Shown here: in pieces, positions 9,188 through 19,243 of the stretch
Layout: the number at the start of each line of letters is the position of its first letter
How positions within the stretch are numbered: the first letter of the stretch is position 1
From: Verrucomicrobiia bacterium
Lineage (GTDB): Bacteria > Verrucomicrobiota > Verrucomicrobiia > Verrucomicrobiales > DEV007
Length of the DNA: 64,000 nucleotides
Assembly (NCBI GenBank): GCA_020439945.1
Contig: JAGRPB010000004.1
Span: 10,307-74,306 of the forward strand
Reading direction: 5' to 3'
Notes under the pieces: generated by a model
Told to the model about the DNA's origin: nothing
What the model saw: the letters and a program-made list of their open reading frames with translations, nothing else
Databases searched by the model: none
Made by a program: the position numbers and the translations under genes

Positions 9188-9514
9188 TCAGGCTCGTGGA
9201 AGCAACTGAGCGGCAGGCGCTTCGGGCTCGATCCGGAGCTTCCGTTCCGAGGCCTGGGGCGACGGCTTCGGGGCGAGGGCCTGAAGTTGACGCTGGCGGA
9301 TGCCGGACCGAATCACATCAACCGCAAAAACTGTCACCGCGATCAGCCCGACGAGGATCATGCCGAGCCACAAAACCAAATATCCCGGTCCGGGAATTCC
9401 GGTTCCGCGTCCTTCAAAACGAAACGCGTCCCAGATCAAAAACGCCGACACAGCCAGCGCGGTCACGAGACAGCACAGGCAGCGATTGCGGCGACGTTGG
9501 AAAAAGCGTTTCAT
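9188..9514 (-). CDS. Small two-TM membrane protein, hypothetical
   Basis: 108 aa with a basic N-terminus and two hydrophobic helices (CLVTALAVSAFLIW and YLVLWLGMILVGLIAVTVFAV). No family recognised. Confidence 0.5.
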   Translation of the reverse strand: MKRFFQRRRNRCLCCLVTALAVSAFLIWDAFRFEGRGTGIPGPGYLVLWLGMILVGLIAVTVFAVDVIRSGIRQRQLQALAPKPSPQASERKLRIEPEAPAAQLLPRA

Positions 9515-9654
9515 CGTAAGTTGCGGCGGTGGGATCGGGTATTTACGACAACCACCCTTGGCAATCAGTGTGCCAAAACTGTGCCGAATTCCGAGCTTCC
9601 GGTAAACTCACACGAACGCGCCGCGCAACCGCGCCATGCCCACCATGGCGAGCC

Positions 9655-10734
9655 TCACTTCCCGGAGTCCTTGTTTTCAGTGCCCGGAGCCTCTGCCTTT
9701 TTCACCTCGACCTGCTTCATCTGATCGGCGGTGACCTGTTCGATCAATTCGCTCCCGCTGCTGGCCTCCCCCATCTCTCCCTCCACCCGATTCCTTGCAT
9801 TTTGTCCGAGCGCCGTCTCTCCCAGGGTCAGTTTCTCGCTCAATGCAAGGTTCGCGACGGGATGGGCGTTTTCCCACAGCTCACCTTTCCCGAAAACCGA
9901 GGCGTAGAATTGCGCCTGGGCTCGCAGTTGAAACCAGTCCGGTTTTTCCTCCCTGCGCTCGTCTCTCGCGGCCTCGGCCAACTCAGCCTGCGACGCCAAC
10001 ATCTCGATGGACCTCCGCAGCGCCAATTTCGAGAATTGCCTGTCGGTCGCGGCATTCAGCGAATACGAGGCCGCATAGGCCAGCGTGGCTTCCGGGAAAC
10101 GTCCCAGTTCTTCCAACGCCATTCCTTTCAACAGGGTCAGTTCAATCATCTCACCCTGTTTGGTCTCCCTGTTTTCGGAAATCCCGGCATCCGCACCAGT
10201 CAGCACCTTCTCCCACCGCCCTTTTCCGGCAAGGGCCCAGAGCTCCAAAGCGGCGGACAACTCCCGTTCCGCTGCAGGCAATTTCTCGATCTCCAGTCCC
10301 GGAAGGAACTTTGCGACGGAAGGAGCCTGCGCCTGGTAGCGGAAGCAGTCGAGCATCCGCAGGTGGGCGCGAGTGGCGAAATTGCCCGGAGCCGGATAGA
10401 AAGTGTCTCGCGTGGTTTTTTTCTGGGAGAGCCTCTCAAATTCCACCGCCGCTTCGCCAAACTGGCCGGTCCGGAAAAGTTGCTCCGCGTGAACCCATTC
10501 CTGAGTTTCCGGCCACTCCACGGAGGCGATCTGATCGTATCCAAGACGCGCCGTCGCCTGGCTCGCCGCCGTCCGAATCGCGAGGGAAGCGCTGTCGACA
10601 CTTTCCACTCTCACGGTCAGCACGGTGCCATTGGTGAGCTGAACGGTTACCTCCTGGCCTTCGACGACGAATGCCGTCGCCACCACCACCACGAACGTCG
10701 CCAGACGAAAGAGAATTCGGGATGATCGACTCAT
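9655..10734 (-). CDS. Secreted TPR-like/helical-repeat protein, hypothetical
   Basis: Start moved to the ATG at 10734 (MSRSSRILFRLATFVVVVATAF signal). This makes a 4-bp ATGA overlap with the upstream TPR gene stop at 10731. Confidence 0.7.
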   Translation of the reverse strand: MSRSSRILFRLATFVVVVATAFVVEGQEVTVQLTNGTVLTVRVESVDSASLAIRTAASQATARLGYDQIASVEWPETQEWVHAEQLFRTGQFGEAAVEFERLSQKKTTRDTFYPAPGNFATRAHLRMLDCFRYQAQAPSVAKFLPGLEIEKLPAAERELSAALELWALAGKGRWEKVLTGADAGISENRETKQGEMIELTLLKGMALEELGRFPEATLAYAASYSLNAATDRQFSKLALRRSIEMLASQAELAEAARDERREEKPDWFQLRAQAQFYASVFGKGELWENAHPVANLALSEKLTLGETALGQNARNRVEGEMGEASSGSELIEQVTADQMKQVEVKKAEAPGTENKDSGK

Positions 10735-13625
10735 GATTTTTTGACCCATTCCTCCTTCCATTCGGCGAACAGTTTTCGGCCCTTCTCAATACCGGGATGC
10801 TCCAGGTGGCCGAGCCGCTTGAGCATGTCCACGAGGACCAGGATGGCATCGCCGTCCCGCCCCTCGGTTTTCAATATCCGCGCCGCGCCGAGGTAGGATT
10901 CGGTTGACCAGTTCAGGTGTCCCGGATACAGGGCATAGACACTGGCGTAGATTTTCAGAGCCTCGTTCGGGGAACCGGTCTTCTCGATACAGGTTCCGTA
11001 GCGGAAGTTTGCCTCGGCACGCGCGCTCTGCCAGTTGGAGTGCCGCAGGTAGTCCGTCCACCACACTTTCGCTTCCTCGAAATCTCCCTCTTCGAAGAGA
11101 AGTCGCCCCCCACCGATCACCGAGGCTTCCTGCAGATCCGACGCGTCAGATTGTTCTCTGACCTGGCGATAGAGAGTCACGGCGCGCTCGCCATCTTCCT
11201 CGACACCGGTTTGCGAAAGCATTCCGGCAAGATCGAACATCGCCATTTCGACGTGCGGCCCCTGGGCGCGGTGCTCCAGGAGAAACTCGTAGATTTCTCG
11301 GGCCTCATTCGCCTTCCCGTCATCGCGATACCATCTCGCCAGTTTCACCAGGGGATAATTCGGCATCTCGCGCTTGTCGCCCAGCGACGCCAGTTCGCGG
11401 TATCCGGCCGAAAGAGTCGCCGCCCTCGAGGCGTCGGATCCTTTCCCCTTTTCGGCGCGCTCGATCCGGATCATCGTCAGCCAGGCGCGCAAAGGCACGG
11501 GAGCCGGTGTTGGCAGGGGAAAATACTGAATTCGATTTTCGACCTCATCGGGCGTGTAGTGGGTATCGAGAAACTTGAGAAAGGTTCCCATCAGTTCCCC
11601 CAGGCTTCCCGATTCCGCCTCCCCGGCGTAGGCCCTGATCTGTCGCCGGAGAGTATCCTCGGCCTCGCTCGACCGTCCCACCTCGACGAGTGAATCGACC
11701 ACCGCGGCGACGATGTCGAGTTCATGGCGACTTCCGTCATAGCCTTTTCGGTAGGCATCGTAGAGCGCGACGGCCGCCTCGTCTTTTCCGGCCTGCGCAT
11801 GCATCAGAATGAGCTTCCAGTAGGAATACGCAACCGTGTCAAAGTGAACGGGCACACCATCGCCGAGTTCGATGGCGGTTCGATAGGGTGTTTCGATTTC
11901 CTCGAATTCCGCGGTTCCCAGCGAGGTGAGGACATCTCCCTTGAGATTCCATGAAGCCGGTATCTCCATCGCATCCGGAAACTCGGACTGAAGGCGATCA
12001 ATCCGCGCCAGCGCCTCCTCGAGATCGCCGAGAACGAAGCGCCCCAATGCCGATTGGTAGAGCGCACTCGAGAGCAGGTCGGATCCGGGCCACTTTTCCA
12101 TGAAGGCCTCGAGGATCTCGACTCCCTCCTTCCACTGGAACCGTTTCACCTTGCAGGAACCATGGTAGTAGGTCGCGGCCTCCAGGCGACGGGCGTCAGG
12201 ATAGTTTTTCAAGTATGCCGTGAGTTCCGCATCGGCCTCCTCGTAGCGATCCAGATGATAGAGCGACGCTCCCACCACGAAGTCCGGCACATCGCGGCCC
12301 ACCGAACCGATTTCGAACCGGTCGCGCAGATCGATCGCGATTTCATAGGCTTGCTGCCACTCCTGCAGGATGAAGGTGGACTCCGCCAACAGCCGCGCGA
12401 CTTCGGGCGCCAGAGGGTGATCCGGATACTCGTCGAGAAACTGCTTTCCGTCTTTCTGGGCCTGTTGCCACATGGCCAGTTGCACGCCACTGGCGACGAC
12501 GTTGTAGAGCGTGTCGGGCCGCTTCTCGTGCTTCGGGAAGGCATCGGCGACTTCCCGGAAAGCGGCATAGGCCCCCGCATAATTTCTCATCTGGTAGTGC
12601 CCGGCCCCGACACCGAGCAGCATGGCCGCCACCATCGATTCCGCTTCGTCGATGCCCTTGCGGGTTTCCTCGATTCGACTCTTCCAGGCGGCTTCTTCCT
12701 CCGGCTTCGTCGGTGGATTCAGTTCCATTTCGGCCAATAGTTCCCGCCGATGGTTAACCAACTCCCTCGGATCGAGCAGAAAACTGTACCAGGTCAGGGC
12801 TCTCAGCGGATCCTCCCGATCGAGTGCCTGCCTCCCCAGGTAAGCAAACAGCGGATTCCGCGACCAGCGGTTGCCCCGGGTATCCTGCCGGACCAGATCG
12901 CCAAACTCCCACAGATAGGGCTGGACCCGATCGAAGGAAACCTCCGGCGACCAATCTTCCGCCAGGATCAGGAAGGCTTTGCGCTTCATCTCGATGGCCA
13001 GCGATTCGCTCCGCATCGCTTTCTCCAACAAGGCGAGCCCATCGTCGAAATCGCCGTTGCGCAAATGACTCCGGGCCAGATTCAGCCCGATCACGTCCGT
13101 CCGGATTTTCACGCCCGCCGATTCGGCCAGCGCCGCTTTCAGTTTTTCCACCGCTCCGGCGTAATCTCCCAGGACCATCAGACAGGCTCCCCACTGCGCG
13201 AGGGCATGGGTGAGAAATCGATTTTGGAGCTTGGTGCTCTCCCGTTCGCCTTCGTTGTTGATGATTTCGTTGGAAAAATCTTCGCGACAGGTTCGGAACG
13301 AGACCACCGCCCCCGCGTAGTCTTCCAGTCCCATCTGGAGCAATCCCTTGAGGTAGTAAAAATGACCGAATCCCGGTCCATATTGCTCGGCCGCACGCGG
13401 CCCCCAATAACGGATCACTTCATCAACCAGTTCCAACCCCTCGATGTATTTCTGCTGTCCCAGGGACATCAGAATGAGATTGTAGGCCGCGGCGGGGTTC
13501 GAAGCCGCCAGTTCCTTGCTGTTCGGCAGCTGGGCCTCGACTCGCGCCCCGCCCACAGCGAACCAGATCCCCACGAATGTGAGGAAGCTCCACCCTCCGA
13601 GACAAATTGAACGAATCAGCTTCAT
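10731..13625 (-). CDS. Large secreted tetratricopeptide-repeat protein (964 aa)
   Basis: Signal peptide, then many TPR-like A/Y/L-rich repeat units throughout. It lies 3 nt downstream of the preceding gene. Confidence 0.85.
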   Translation of the reverse strand: MKLIRSICLGGWSFLTFVGIWFAVGGARVEAQLPNSKELAASNPAAAYNLILMSLGQQKYIEGLELVDEVIRYWGPRAAEQYGPGFGHFYYLKGLLQMGLEDYAGAVVSFRTCREDFSNEIINNEGERESTKLQNRFLTHALAQWGACLMVLGDYAGAVEKLKAALAESAGVKIRTDVIGLNLARSHLRNGDFDDGLALLEKAMRSESLAIEMKRKAFLILAEDWSPEVSFDRVQPYLWEFGDLVRQDTRGNRWSRNPLFAYLGRQALDREDPLRALTWYSFLLDPRELVNHRRELLAEMELNPPTKPEEEAAWKSRIEETRKGIDEAESMVAAMLLGVGAGHYQMRNYAGAYAAFREVADAFPKHEKRPDTLYNVVASGVQLAMWQQAQKDGKQFLDEYPDHPLAPEVARLLAESTFILQEWQQAYEIAIDLRDRFEIGSVGRDVPDFVVGASLYHLDRYEEADAELTAYLKNYPDARRLEAATYYHGSCKVKRFQWKEGVEILEAFMEKWPGSDLLSSALYQSALGRFVLGDLEEALARIDRLQSEFPDAMEIPASWNLKGDVLTSLGTAEFEEIETPYRTAIELGDGVPVHFDTVAYSYWKLILMHAQAGKDEAAVALYDAYRKGYDGSRHELDIVAAVVDSLVEVGRSSEAEDTLRRQIRAYAGEAESGSLGELMGTFLKFLDTHYTPDEVENRIQYFPLPTPAPVPLRAWLTMIRIERAEKGKGSDASRAATLSAGYRELASLGDKREMPNYPLVKLARWYRDDGKANEAREIYEFLLEHRAQGPHVEMAMFDLAGMLSQTGVEEDGERAVTLYRQVREQSDASDLQEASVIGGGRLLFEEGDFEEAKVWWTDYLRHSNWQSARAEANFRYGTCIEKTGSPNEALKIYASVYALYPGHLNWSTESYLGAARILKTEGRDGDAILVLVDMLKRLGHLEHPGIEKGRKLFAEWKEEWVKKS

Positions 13626-13628
13626 GCC

Positions 13629-15152
13629 TCATCCGGTAGCCGGCAGATAGCGATAGTAGACCTCCAGCATCAGCACACAGAGACAAGTGCGGTAGATATC
13701 CGGATCGCCCGACCCGTCCGACTTCCCACTGCCTTCCCGATCGAAAACGCCGTTGTCCCGCTGATTCTTCATCAATTCCCCGCGGAAAATTTCATTCCAA
13801 TGCTGCCATTCATCGCCGCCATGGTAAAAGGCCGCCTGGGTGATGTAGTACCAGGCATACAGGTCACAATTGAACTGGTCATACTTGAAATTACCTCTCC
13901 CCGATTTGAAGAAATACTCCAGCCCCCGCTTGATCCGACTGCCCTGTCCGCCGCCAAGCAATTGCAGTCCGACCAGACCGACCCCGGTGAGACTGGGTTT
14001 GTCGCCCCGGTTGCGATAACCGAAACCGCCCTGATCGCCCTGCCGCTCGGACACGAAGCGGCTCGTCCGGCCGATGGCACCGTCGAGTTCAGGTTCATCG
14101 AGGCGCGCATACTGGGCGGTCTTCAGCGCCTGAAACTGCCAACCGGTCACCGAGAGGTCTCCCGCGCCCTGCCGGGTATAGCCGTAGACCCATCCGCCAT
14201 CCGAATTCTGTCCCTCGATCACGATTCGAACGGCGTTCGCGTAGACTGATTCCAACTCCGGGATCTGGGTCCCCTCCTCTCGCGTCAACATGAGCGCTTC
14301 GCCCAGGGCATAGGTGGCGATCCCGTGCTCGTAGGCCCAATTCTTGTTGCCTACGTTTCTCATTCGTCCGCCACCCCGCCGGGACATCTCCACCAGCGCC
14401 TGCAGACCTTTCAGCACCGTGTCGCCGTATTGCGCCGATCGAGGTGTTTCGCAGTGCCCCAGATAGCTCAGCAACGCGAAGCCCGTCATCGCGGCCTGGT
14501 AGGTGGTTCCCCAGCTTCCATCCGGGTTCTGCGCCCCCTGCAGCCAATCGAGTGCTTTCACCACCGTGTCTTCGACTTCGGCCGTGCCGCCGTTCGAACG
14601 CAACAATCGGATCCGCTCGCCCGGGACGCAGCGCCCCCGGATCACCGCCGGAATGCGCGCCATGTTCATGCCGCCACCGCCTCCGCCACCACTGCCCATT
14701 CCCATCCCGGCGCCCAGGTCCCCCAATCCCAAGCCGAGCGGTCCCGGGTTTTCGAGTTCCACCTCGGGTGCGGCGATGACCGAGGCCGTGTTCGCCCGCA
14801 TCATTTTCATCATCGAGGAGGAAGCGCTCGCCCTGACTTCGGCCAGCTGCTTCACGGCGCTGAGTCTCTGCATTTCCACATCGAGCACGCGATCGGGCAC
14901 GATCACTTCGGCGATGATTTCCGGTGCGTCGTCTTCCCGAGGCACCACCACGATGACCACGGCCACGATCAGGACCACGAGGTGAAAGATCAACGCCCAG
15001 AGCACGGCGCGCTTACCTTTTTCACCACCGGGAATACGATCGACCCCGGCCCAGAACCATCTCTTGAGAAGCAGCCAGAGTCGCCAGCGCCAGGGCAGCT
15101 TTTCCGGCTCCGGCTCTTCCCACGGATTGAAGGGTCGATAGGAATACGACAT
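13629..15152 (-). CDS. Membrane-anchored protein with prenyltransferase/squalene-cyclase-like alpha/alpha-toroid repeats
   Basis: One TM helix (VLWALIFHLVVLIVAVVIVVV), a Gly-rich linker (GSGGGGGGGMNM), then repeats of the type QNPDGSWG, GQNSDGGWVYGY and SVTGWQFQALK. Confidence 0.75.
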   Translation of the reverse strand: MSYSYRPFNPWEEPEPEKLPWRWRLWLLLKRWFWAGVDRIPGGEKGKRAVLWALIFHLVVLIVAVVIVVVPREDDAPEIIAEVIVPDRVLDVEMQRLSAVKQLAEVRASASSSMMKMMRANTASVIAAPEVELENPGPLGLGLGDLGAGMGMGSGGGGGGGMNMARIPAVIRGRCVPGERIRLLRSNGGTAEVEDTVVKALDWLQGAQNPDGSWGTTYQAAMTGFALLSYLGHCETPRSAQYGDTVLKGLQALVEMSRRGGGRMRNVGNKNWAYEHGIATYALGEALMLTREEGTQIPELESVYANAVRIVIEGQNSDGGWVYGYTRQGAGDLSVTGWQFQALKTAQYARLDEPELDGAIGRTSRFVSERQGDQGGFGYRNRGDKPSLTGVGLVGLQLLGGGQGSRIKRGLEYFFKSGRGNFKYDQFNCDLYAWYYITQAAFYHGGDEWQHWNEIFRGELMKNQRDNGVFDREGSGKSDGSGDPDIYRTCLCVLMLEVYYRYLPATG

Positions 15153-15171
15153 GACGGCTGCCAGCTCGTGG

Positions 15172-15615
15172 TCAGGGTGAAATGCTCACGTTCTTGATGT
15201 CCGCTTTGGCGCAGGCGTTGAGGACATCGATGAACCTCTGCTCGGGCACCCTTCCGTCCGCCTTGATGACCACCTGGGCCTCGGATTGGGCGATCTGTGC
15301 CGCCGCCGCGTAGCGCACCAACCTGTCGGTCAGGTTGAGCGCGCGATGATCGTTCATGTCCGCGTCCACCGGTTCCCGATTGACCAGGATGACGCCGGCC
15401 GGATCGATTTCGATCGTCATCTGGTCCACCGACACGGCCTCGCTGCTCACCTGGGACACCCCCGGCAGCACCATGGAAAGGTCCGCTTCGTCCTTCGTCA
15501 GCGTCGTGGTGACCAGGAAATAAATCAGCAGCAGGAAGGCCACATCGATCAGCGGCGAAATATTCAGCTCCGGCTCATCATGATGGGAAAAGGGACTGCG
15601 ACGACGAATTCTCAT
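15172..15615 (-). CDS. exbD: ExbD/TolR biopolymer transport protein
   Basis: 147 aa with the signature ISPLIDVAFLLLIYFLV followed by a periplasmic domain. Confidence 0.9.
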   Translation of the reverse strand: MRIRRRSPFSHHDEPELNISPLIDVAFLLLIYFLVTTTLTKDEADLSMVLPGVSQVSSEAVSVDQMTIEIDPAGVILVNREPVDADMNDHRALNLTDRLVRYAAAAQIAQSEAQVVIKADGRVPEQRFIDVLNACAKADIKNVSISP

Positions 15616-15628
15616 GACTGATCGCGTC

Positions 15629-16072
15629 TCAATGGTCGGTGATGTAGGTGGAAAAGATCACGTTCACGACGCCGCCGCGCGCGGAGGCATCGATGACCTC
15701 CTTCACCTTGGCGTGAGCGGCGACACGGTCCGCCCGCACGTGCAGTTTGACTCGGGGATCCGCCTCCTTCTCCGCACGCATCAGGGTTTCCACCTGTTCC
15801 AACGAAATCGCCTCGCCAGAGTCCCGCTTCACCGTACCGTCTTCGTAGACATTCAGGATGATCCTGTTCCGAACATTCCCGGGCACCTTGCCATCCGAAG
15901 CCACCGGGATCTTCACGTTGGGATCTTTCCGGTAAGTGATCAGCGTCGAACTGACCATGAAGAAAATCAGCAGCAGGAACACGAGATCGATCATCGGAGA
16001 AAGATCGATCCGGCAACTGCTGGCGCTGAAGAGCCGGAGCCTCAGGCCGCGTTTTGAAAGAGAGCTGCTCAT
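15629..16072 (-). CDS. exbD: ExbD/TolR biopolymer transport protein (second copy)
   Basis: Start moved to the ATG at 16072, a 4-bp ATGA overlap with the exbB stop. Signature LSPMIDLVFLLLIFFMV. Confidence 0.9.
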   Translation of the reverse strand: MSSSLSKRGLRLRLFSASSCRIDLSPMIDLVFLLLIFFMVSSTLITYRKDPNVKIPVASDGKVPGNVRNRIILNVYEDGTVKRDSGEAISLEQVETLMRAEKEADPRVKLHVRADRVAAHAKVKEVIDASARGGVVNVIFSTYITDH

Positions 16073-16941
16073 TCGGCGACATCTGGTGGGGGCAGGCCCG
16101 CTTCGCCATTTCGACTGGCGTAGGCGACCCGCCTCAGTCGATTCAACATTTCCACACCAAACTCCTCGCAAAGCGTGATCAATTCCTCCAGCCGGTCGCG
16201 GAAATAGAAATAGAGAAAAATCGCCGGCAGCGCGATGACCAGACCCGCCGCGGTCGTGACCAATGCCTCGGAAATGTTGGCCGCCAGCAGACTTGGATCA
16301 CCCATGCCCTTGTTGCCCAAGGTTCCAAACGCCTTGATCATGCCGGATACGGTTCCCAGCAATCCCATCATCGGCGCCGCCTGAGCCAGCACCGAGAAGT
16401 AGTTGATCACGCGGGCGCGCTTTCGGTTGTGTTTCACACCCGCCTCCAGCATCAGGTCGCGGATCAACTCGTTGTCGTCGGTGGAATACCCGGTCTCCTC
16501 GACCTGCCTCGCGAAAGCCGCCATCATTCGCCCCAGAGTGGAGGTATCTTCGCTTACCAATTCCGACACCGCTTCGAGGTCTGCCCGGCGCATCGACTCC
16601 TCCAGATCCGCAACCAGAGGAGCCGGTTTGAAATTCGTTTCCCGAATATCGAACCCGCAGAAAAAACCGAGCCCGATCACCGCGAGTGAAAACAGCCCCA
16701 GTATCCACATCGCCCAACCACCCGCCGCGATGAGCCCGAAGAGCGAGGTATCGCTTCGAGTTCGCTCCCCTGTTTCATCGCCACTTTCGGCGGGTGCGAC
16801 CGTCGTCGATACCGGCTCATCCGTGAGCCCGGGAACCGAGAGATCGTCCTGTGCCTTCGCCAATTCGAGAACGCCCCCCACGCACCAGCACGTCAACACG
16901 AGAAACAAGGAACGGAAAGTGTTGGTGGTGAGTATGTTCAT
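16069..16941 (-). CDS. exbB: MotA/TolQ/ExbB proton-channel protein with an N-terminal secreted extension
   Basis: Signal peptide plus an acidic extension, then three TM helices. Conserved motif PMMGLLGTVSGMIKAFG. Confidence 0.9.
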   Translation of the reverse strand: MNILTTNTFRSLFLVLTCWCVGGVLELAKAQDDLSVPGLTDEPVSTTVAPAESGDETGERTRSDTSLFGLIAAGGWAMWILGLFSLAVIGLGFFCGFDIRETNFKPAPLVADLEESMRRADLEAVSELVSEDTSTLGRMMAAFARQVEETGYSTDDNELIRDLMLEAGVKHNRKRARVINYFSVLAQAAPMMGLLGTVSGMIKAFGTLGNKGMGDPSLLAANISEALVTTAAGLVIALPAIFLYFYFRDRLEELITLCEEFGVEMLNRLRRVAYASRNGEAGLPPPDVAE

Positions 16942-17286
16942 GAGTCGTCAGTTCCCGGCAATCGCCAACGCCCGTTTTAATCAGAACCGCCTGAACTGTG
17001 AAATAAAAAAGGGAACGCGAAGGAAAAAGGAACGACGCCCGGAATCAGGACGAAGCCGTCGTCGGTTTCATCGTTCCATGGCCTCCGGTTCAACAGGGTT
17101 CGATCGTGGACCCAACAGGGTTGAATGAGACTCCGTTTCCCATCGCCGCCCGCCGGACCGGTCACGGCCATTCCGAAGCCTTTTCAGGCTCCATCCTCTC
17201 TGGCACGCAAACTCGGGCGTTGTTCAACCAAGCCCCGTGAGTATAGTTAACCTCCCTCAGTCGGTTCTTTCAATTTCACGGCGTCC

Positions 17287-18741
17287 TTGCGATTCATGAG
17301 CCTCCTCAGCCCCCTCCGTCCCTCCATTTCCGCCTGCTTCATCGCCCTCGCGTCGATGAGTCTTCTTGGTTTCACCTCCTGTGAAAAAGTCGGCGGCATC
17401 GGCGCCAAGCTGGAGGAAGCCCTCAACCGGAAGCCCACGTCCACCGAATCGGGTGTCCCCCAGCCCGACCCCGAACAACTCCTGGCGGACGAACCCGACA
17501 CGGTGATTCCGCCACCACCGGAGCCGGTGAAAATGGAGCCTGAAATCAACAAGGACGCCCGGGTTTCCATTCTCGGCTATCACGATTTCACGGAAGGGAA
17601 ATCGCGGAACGACATGATCATCAACATCGATGATTTCCGCGCCGAGATGCAGGCGATCAAGGATGCCGAGATTCCGGTCATCAGCATGAGGGAGTTTCTC
17701 GCCTGGAAGCGCGGAGAAGAGGAGATTCCCGATCCCTGCATCATGATCACCATCGACGATGGTTGGAAAGCCACCCACACCCTGGCCATGCCGGTGCTGA
17801 AGGAATTCGGCTACCCGTTCACGATCTTCCTCTACAAAAAGTATGTCGGCATCGGCGGTCGTTCCCTCACCTTCGACGAGGTGAAGGAACTGATGGCCAA
17901 CGGCGCCAACGTGGGAAGTCACAGCGTCAGCCACCAGAACATGGCGAGAAACGCGGGACGCAACGCCACGCAACAGACCGCCTGGCTGAAGGATGAGCTC
18001 GAAGAGTCATGGAAATTTCTCAACGAAAACTTCGGATCACACGGCGAAGTCTTGAAGACCTTTGCCTATCCCTTCGGTATCTACAGTGACGAGGTCATCG
18101 ATTTGGCCGACAAGTTTGGTTATGAGGCCTGTTTCACCGTCAACGGCAAGAAGACGACCTGGGAAGATCACCACGCCAAGCTCGGGCGCTATGTGGTCCA
18201 CGGAAAGACACTCGCCAATTTCGATCTCGCCCTCGATTTCGGAGGCGGTGGCACCACCACTTCCGGCCGGAGCCTGATGACGGAATCCACCACCGAAGAC
18301 GGCGAAGTTCGCGGCCCGCTGGTGACGACCTGGCCGGCCGAGGGACAAACCATCATCGATCGCCTTCCCGAGATCCAAATGAATGTGGCGGGACTGGAAG
18401 GCTTCGATCCGGAGAGTGTCGTCATGCGGGTGACCGGACTCGGCAAGGTGACGCATCACTGGGACGCGGATACCTCCACCGTTCGTTTCCAGATACCACA
18501 GCGACTGCGGTCCGACACTTGCGGGGTGAAAGTGAGCTTCAAGCACGCGGGCAAGAAGGACTGGGAAGTGATTGCCTGGAATTTCCACATCGATCGCCTC
18601 GCCGGCTATCTCCCCCCCGACGCGCTCGACAAGCTGCGGGAACATCGGGAAGAGTCGGACGAAACGCCCGGCGATGAAAACACCGCCAAGGCCGCGTCTC
18701 TCCCAGTGGCGAACGAATTGCCGAAGACGGCCGCGCGCTAA
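17287..18741 (+). CDS. Polysaccharide deacetylase (NodB-homology) lipoprotein
   Basis: Lipobox LLGFTSC and NodB motifs ITIDDGW and SHSVSH. TTG at 17287, or ATG at 17296 as an alternative start. Confidence 0.85.
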   Translation: MRFMSLLSPLRPSISACFIALASMSLLGFTSCEKVGGIGAKLEEALNRKPTSTESGVPQPDPEQLLADEPDTVIPPPPEPVKMEPEINKDARVSILGYHDFTEGKSRNDMIINIDDFRAEMQAIKDAEIPVISMREFLAWKRGEEEIPDPCIMITIDDGWKATHTLAMPVLKEFGYPFTIFLYKKYVGIGGRSLTFDEVKELMANGANVGSHSVSHQNMARNAGRNATQQTAWLKDELEESWKFLNENFGSHGEVLKTFAYPFGIYSDEVIDLADKFGYEACFTVNGKKTTWEDHHAKLGRYVVHGKTLANFDLALDFGGGGTTTSGRSLMTESTTEDGEVRGPLVTTWPAEGQTIIDRLPEIQMNVAGLEGFDPESVVMRVTGLGKVTHHWDADTSTVRFQIPQRLRSDTCGVKVSFKHAGKKDWEVIAWNFHIDRLAGYLPPDALDKLREHREESDETPGDENTAKAASLPVANELPKTAAR

Positions 18742-18748
18742 TACAAAG

Positions 18749-19243
18749 CTAGGCCCACGACATCCCGTCCTTCGGCTCGGCCAGCCAGGCCAGCGCCGCC
18801 GATTCATCGAGGAAAGCCTTGGTCTTGATGTCGATCCCTCGCGATCTCACCACCAGATCGAAAGTCCAGATCAGATCGCTGTCGAATTCATCGGCCACCA
18901 GGCAGGCCCAACGGGACGATCCACGAAACTGGGCCAGCTCGGAGGAGTGATCAACATAGCGGCTCAGCGCCTCGACATCATCAGCCAGGTCGGCATGGCG
19001 AAAATCAATCAGCGTGTCCATCCCCGGCTTGAACCTGGGATCCTCGTTCACTCGCAGGGAATGCCGGATCATCTGGTCGATGGTGAAACTGCCTGAACAG
19101 CGCACCTTTACCAATCCCTCCCCTGGATCGATTTCGTATTCGATCGGCACGCCGGAGAATAGGCACTTTCTGCCGGAACCGTTAGCGATTTCTTCAGCGA
19201 AGCGCGTGACTTCCCGGCAAAGTTCGTTCACCGTTGCGGCCAT
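18749..19243 (-). CDS. Hypothetical cytoplasmic protein
   Basis: Start set at the ATG at 19243 (MAATVNEL...). The longer track ORF would overlap the neighbouring gene. No family recognised. Confidence 0.5.
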   Translation of the reverse strand: MAATVNELCREVTRFAEEIANGSGRKCLFSGVPIEYEIDPGEGLVKVRCSGSFTIDQMIRHSLRVNEDPRFKPGMDTLIDFRHADLADDVEALSRYVDHSSELAQFRGSSRWACLVADEFDSDLIWTFDLVVRSRGIDIKTKAFLDESAALAWLAEPKDGMSWA

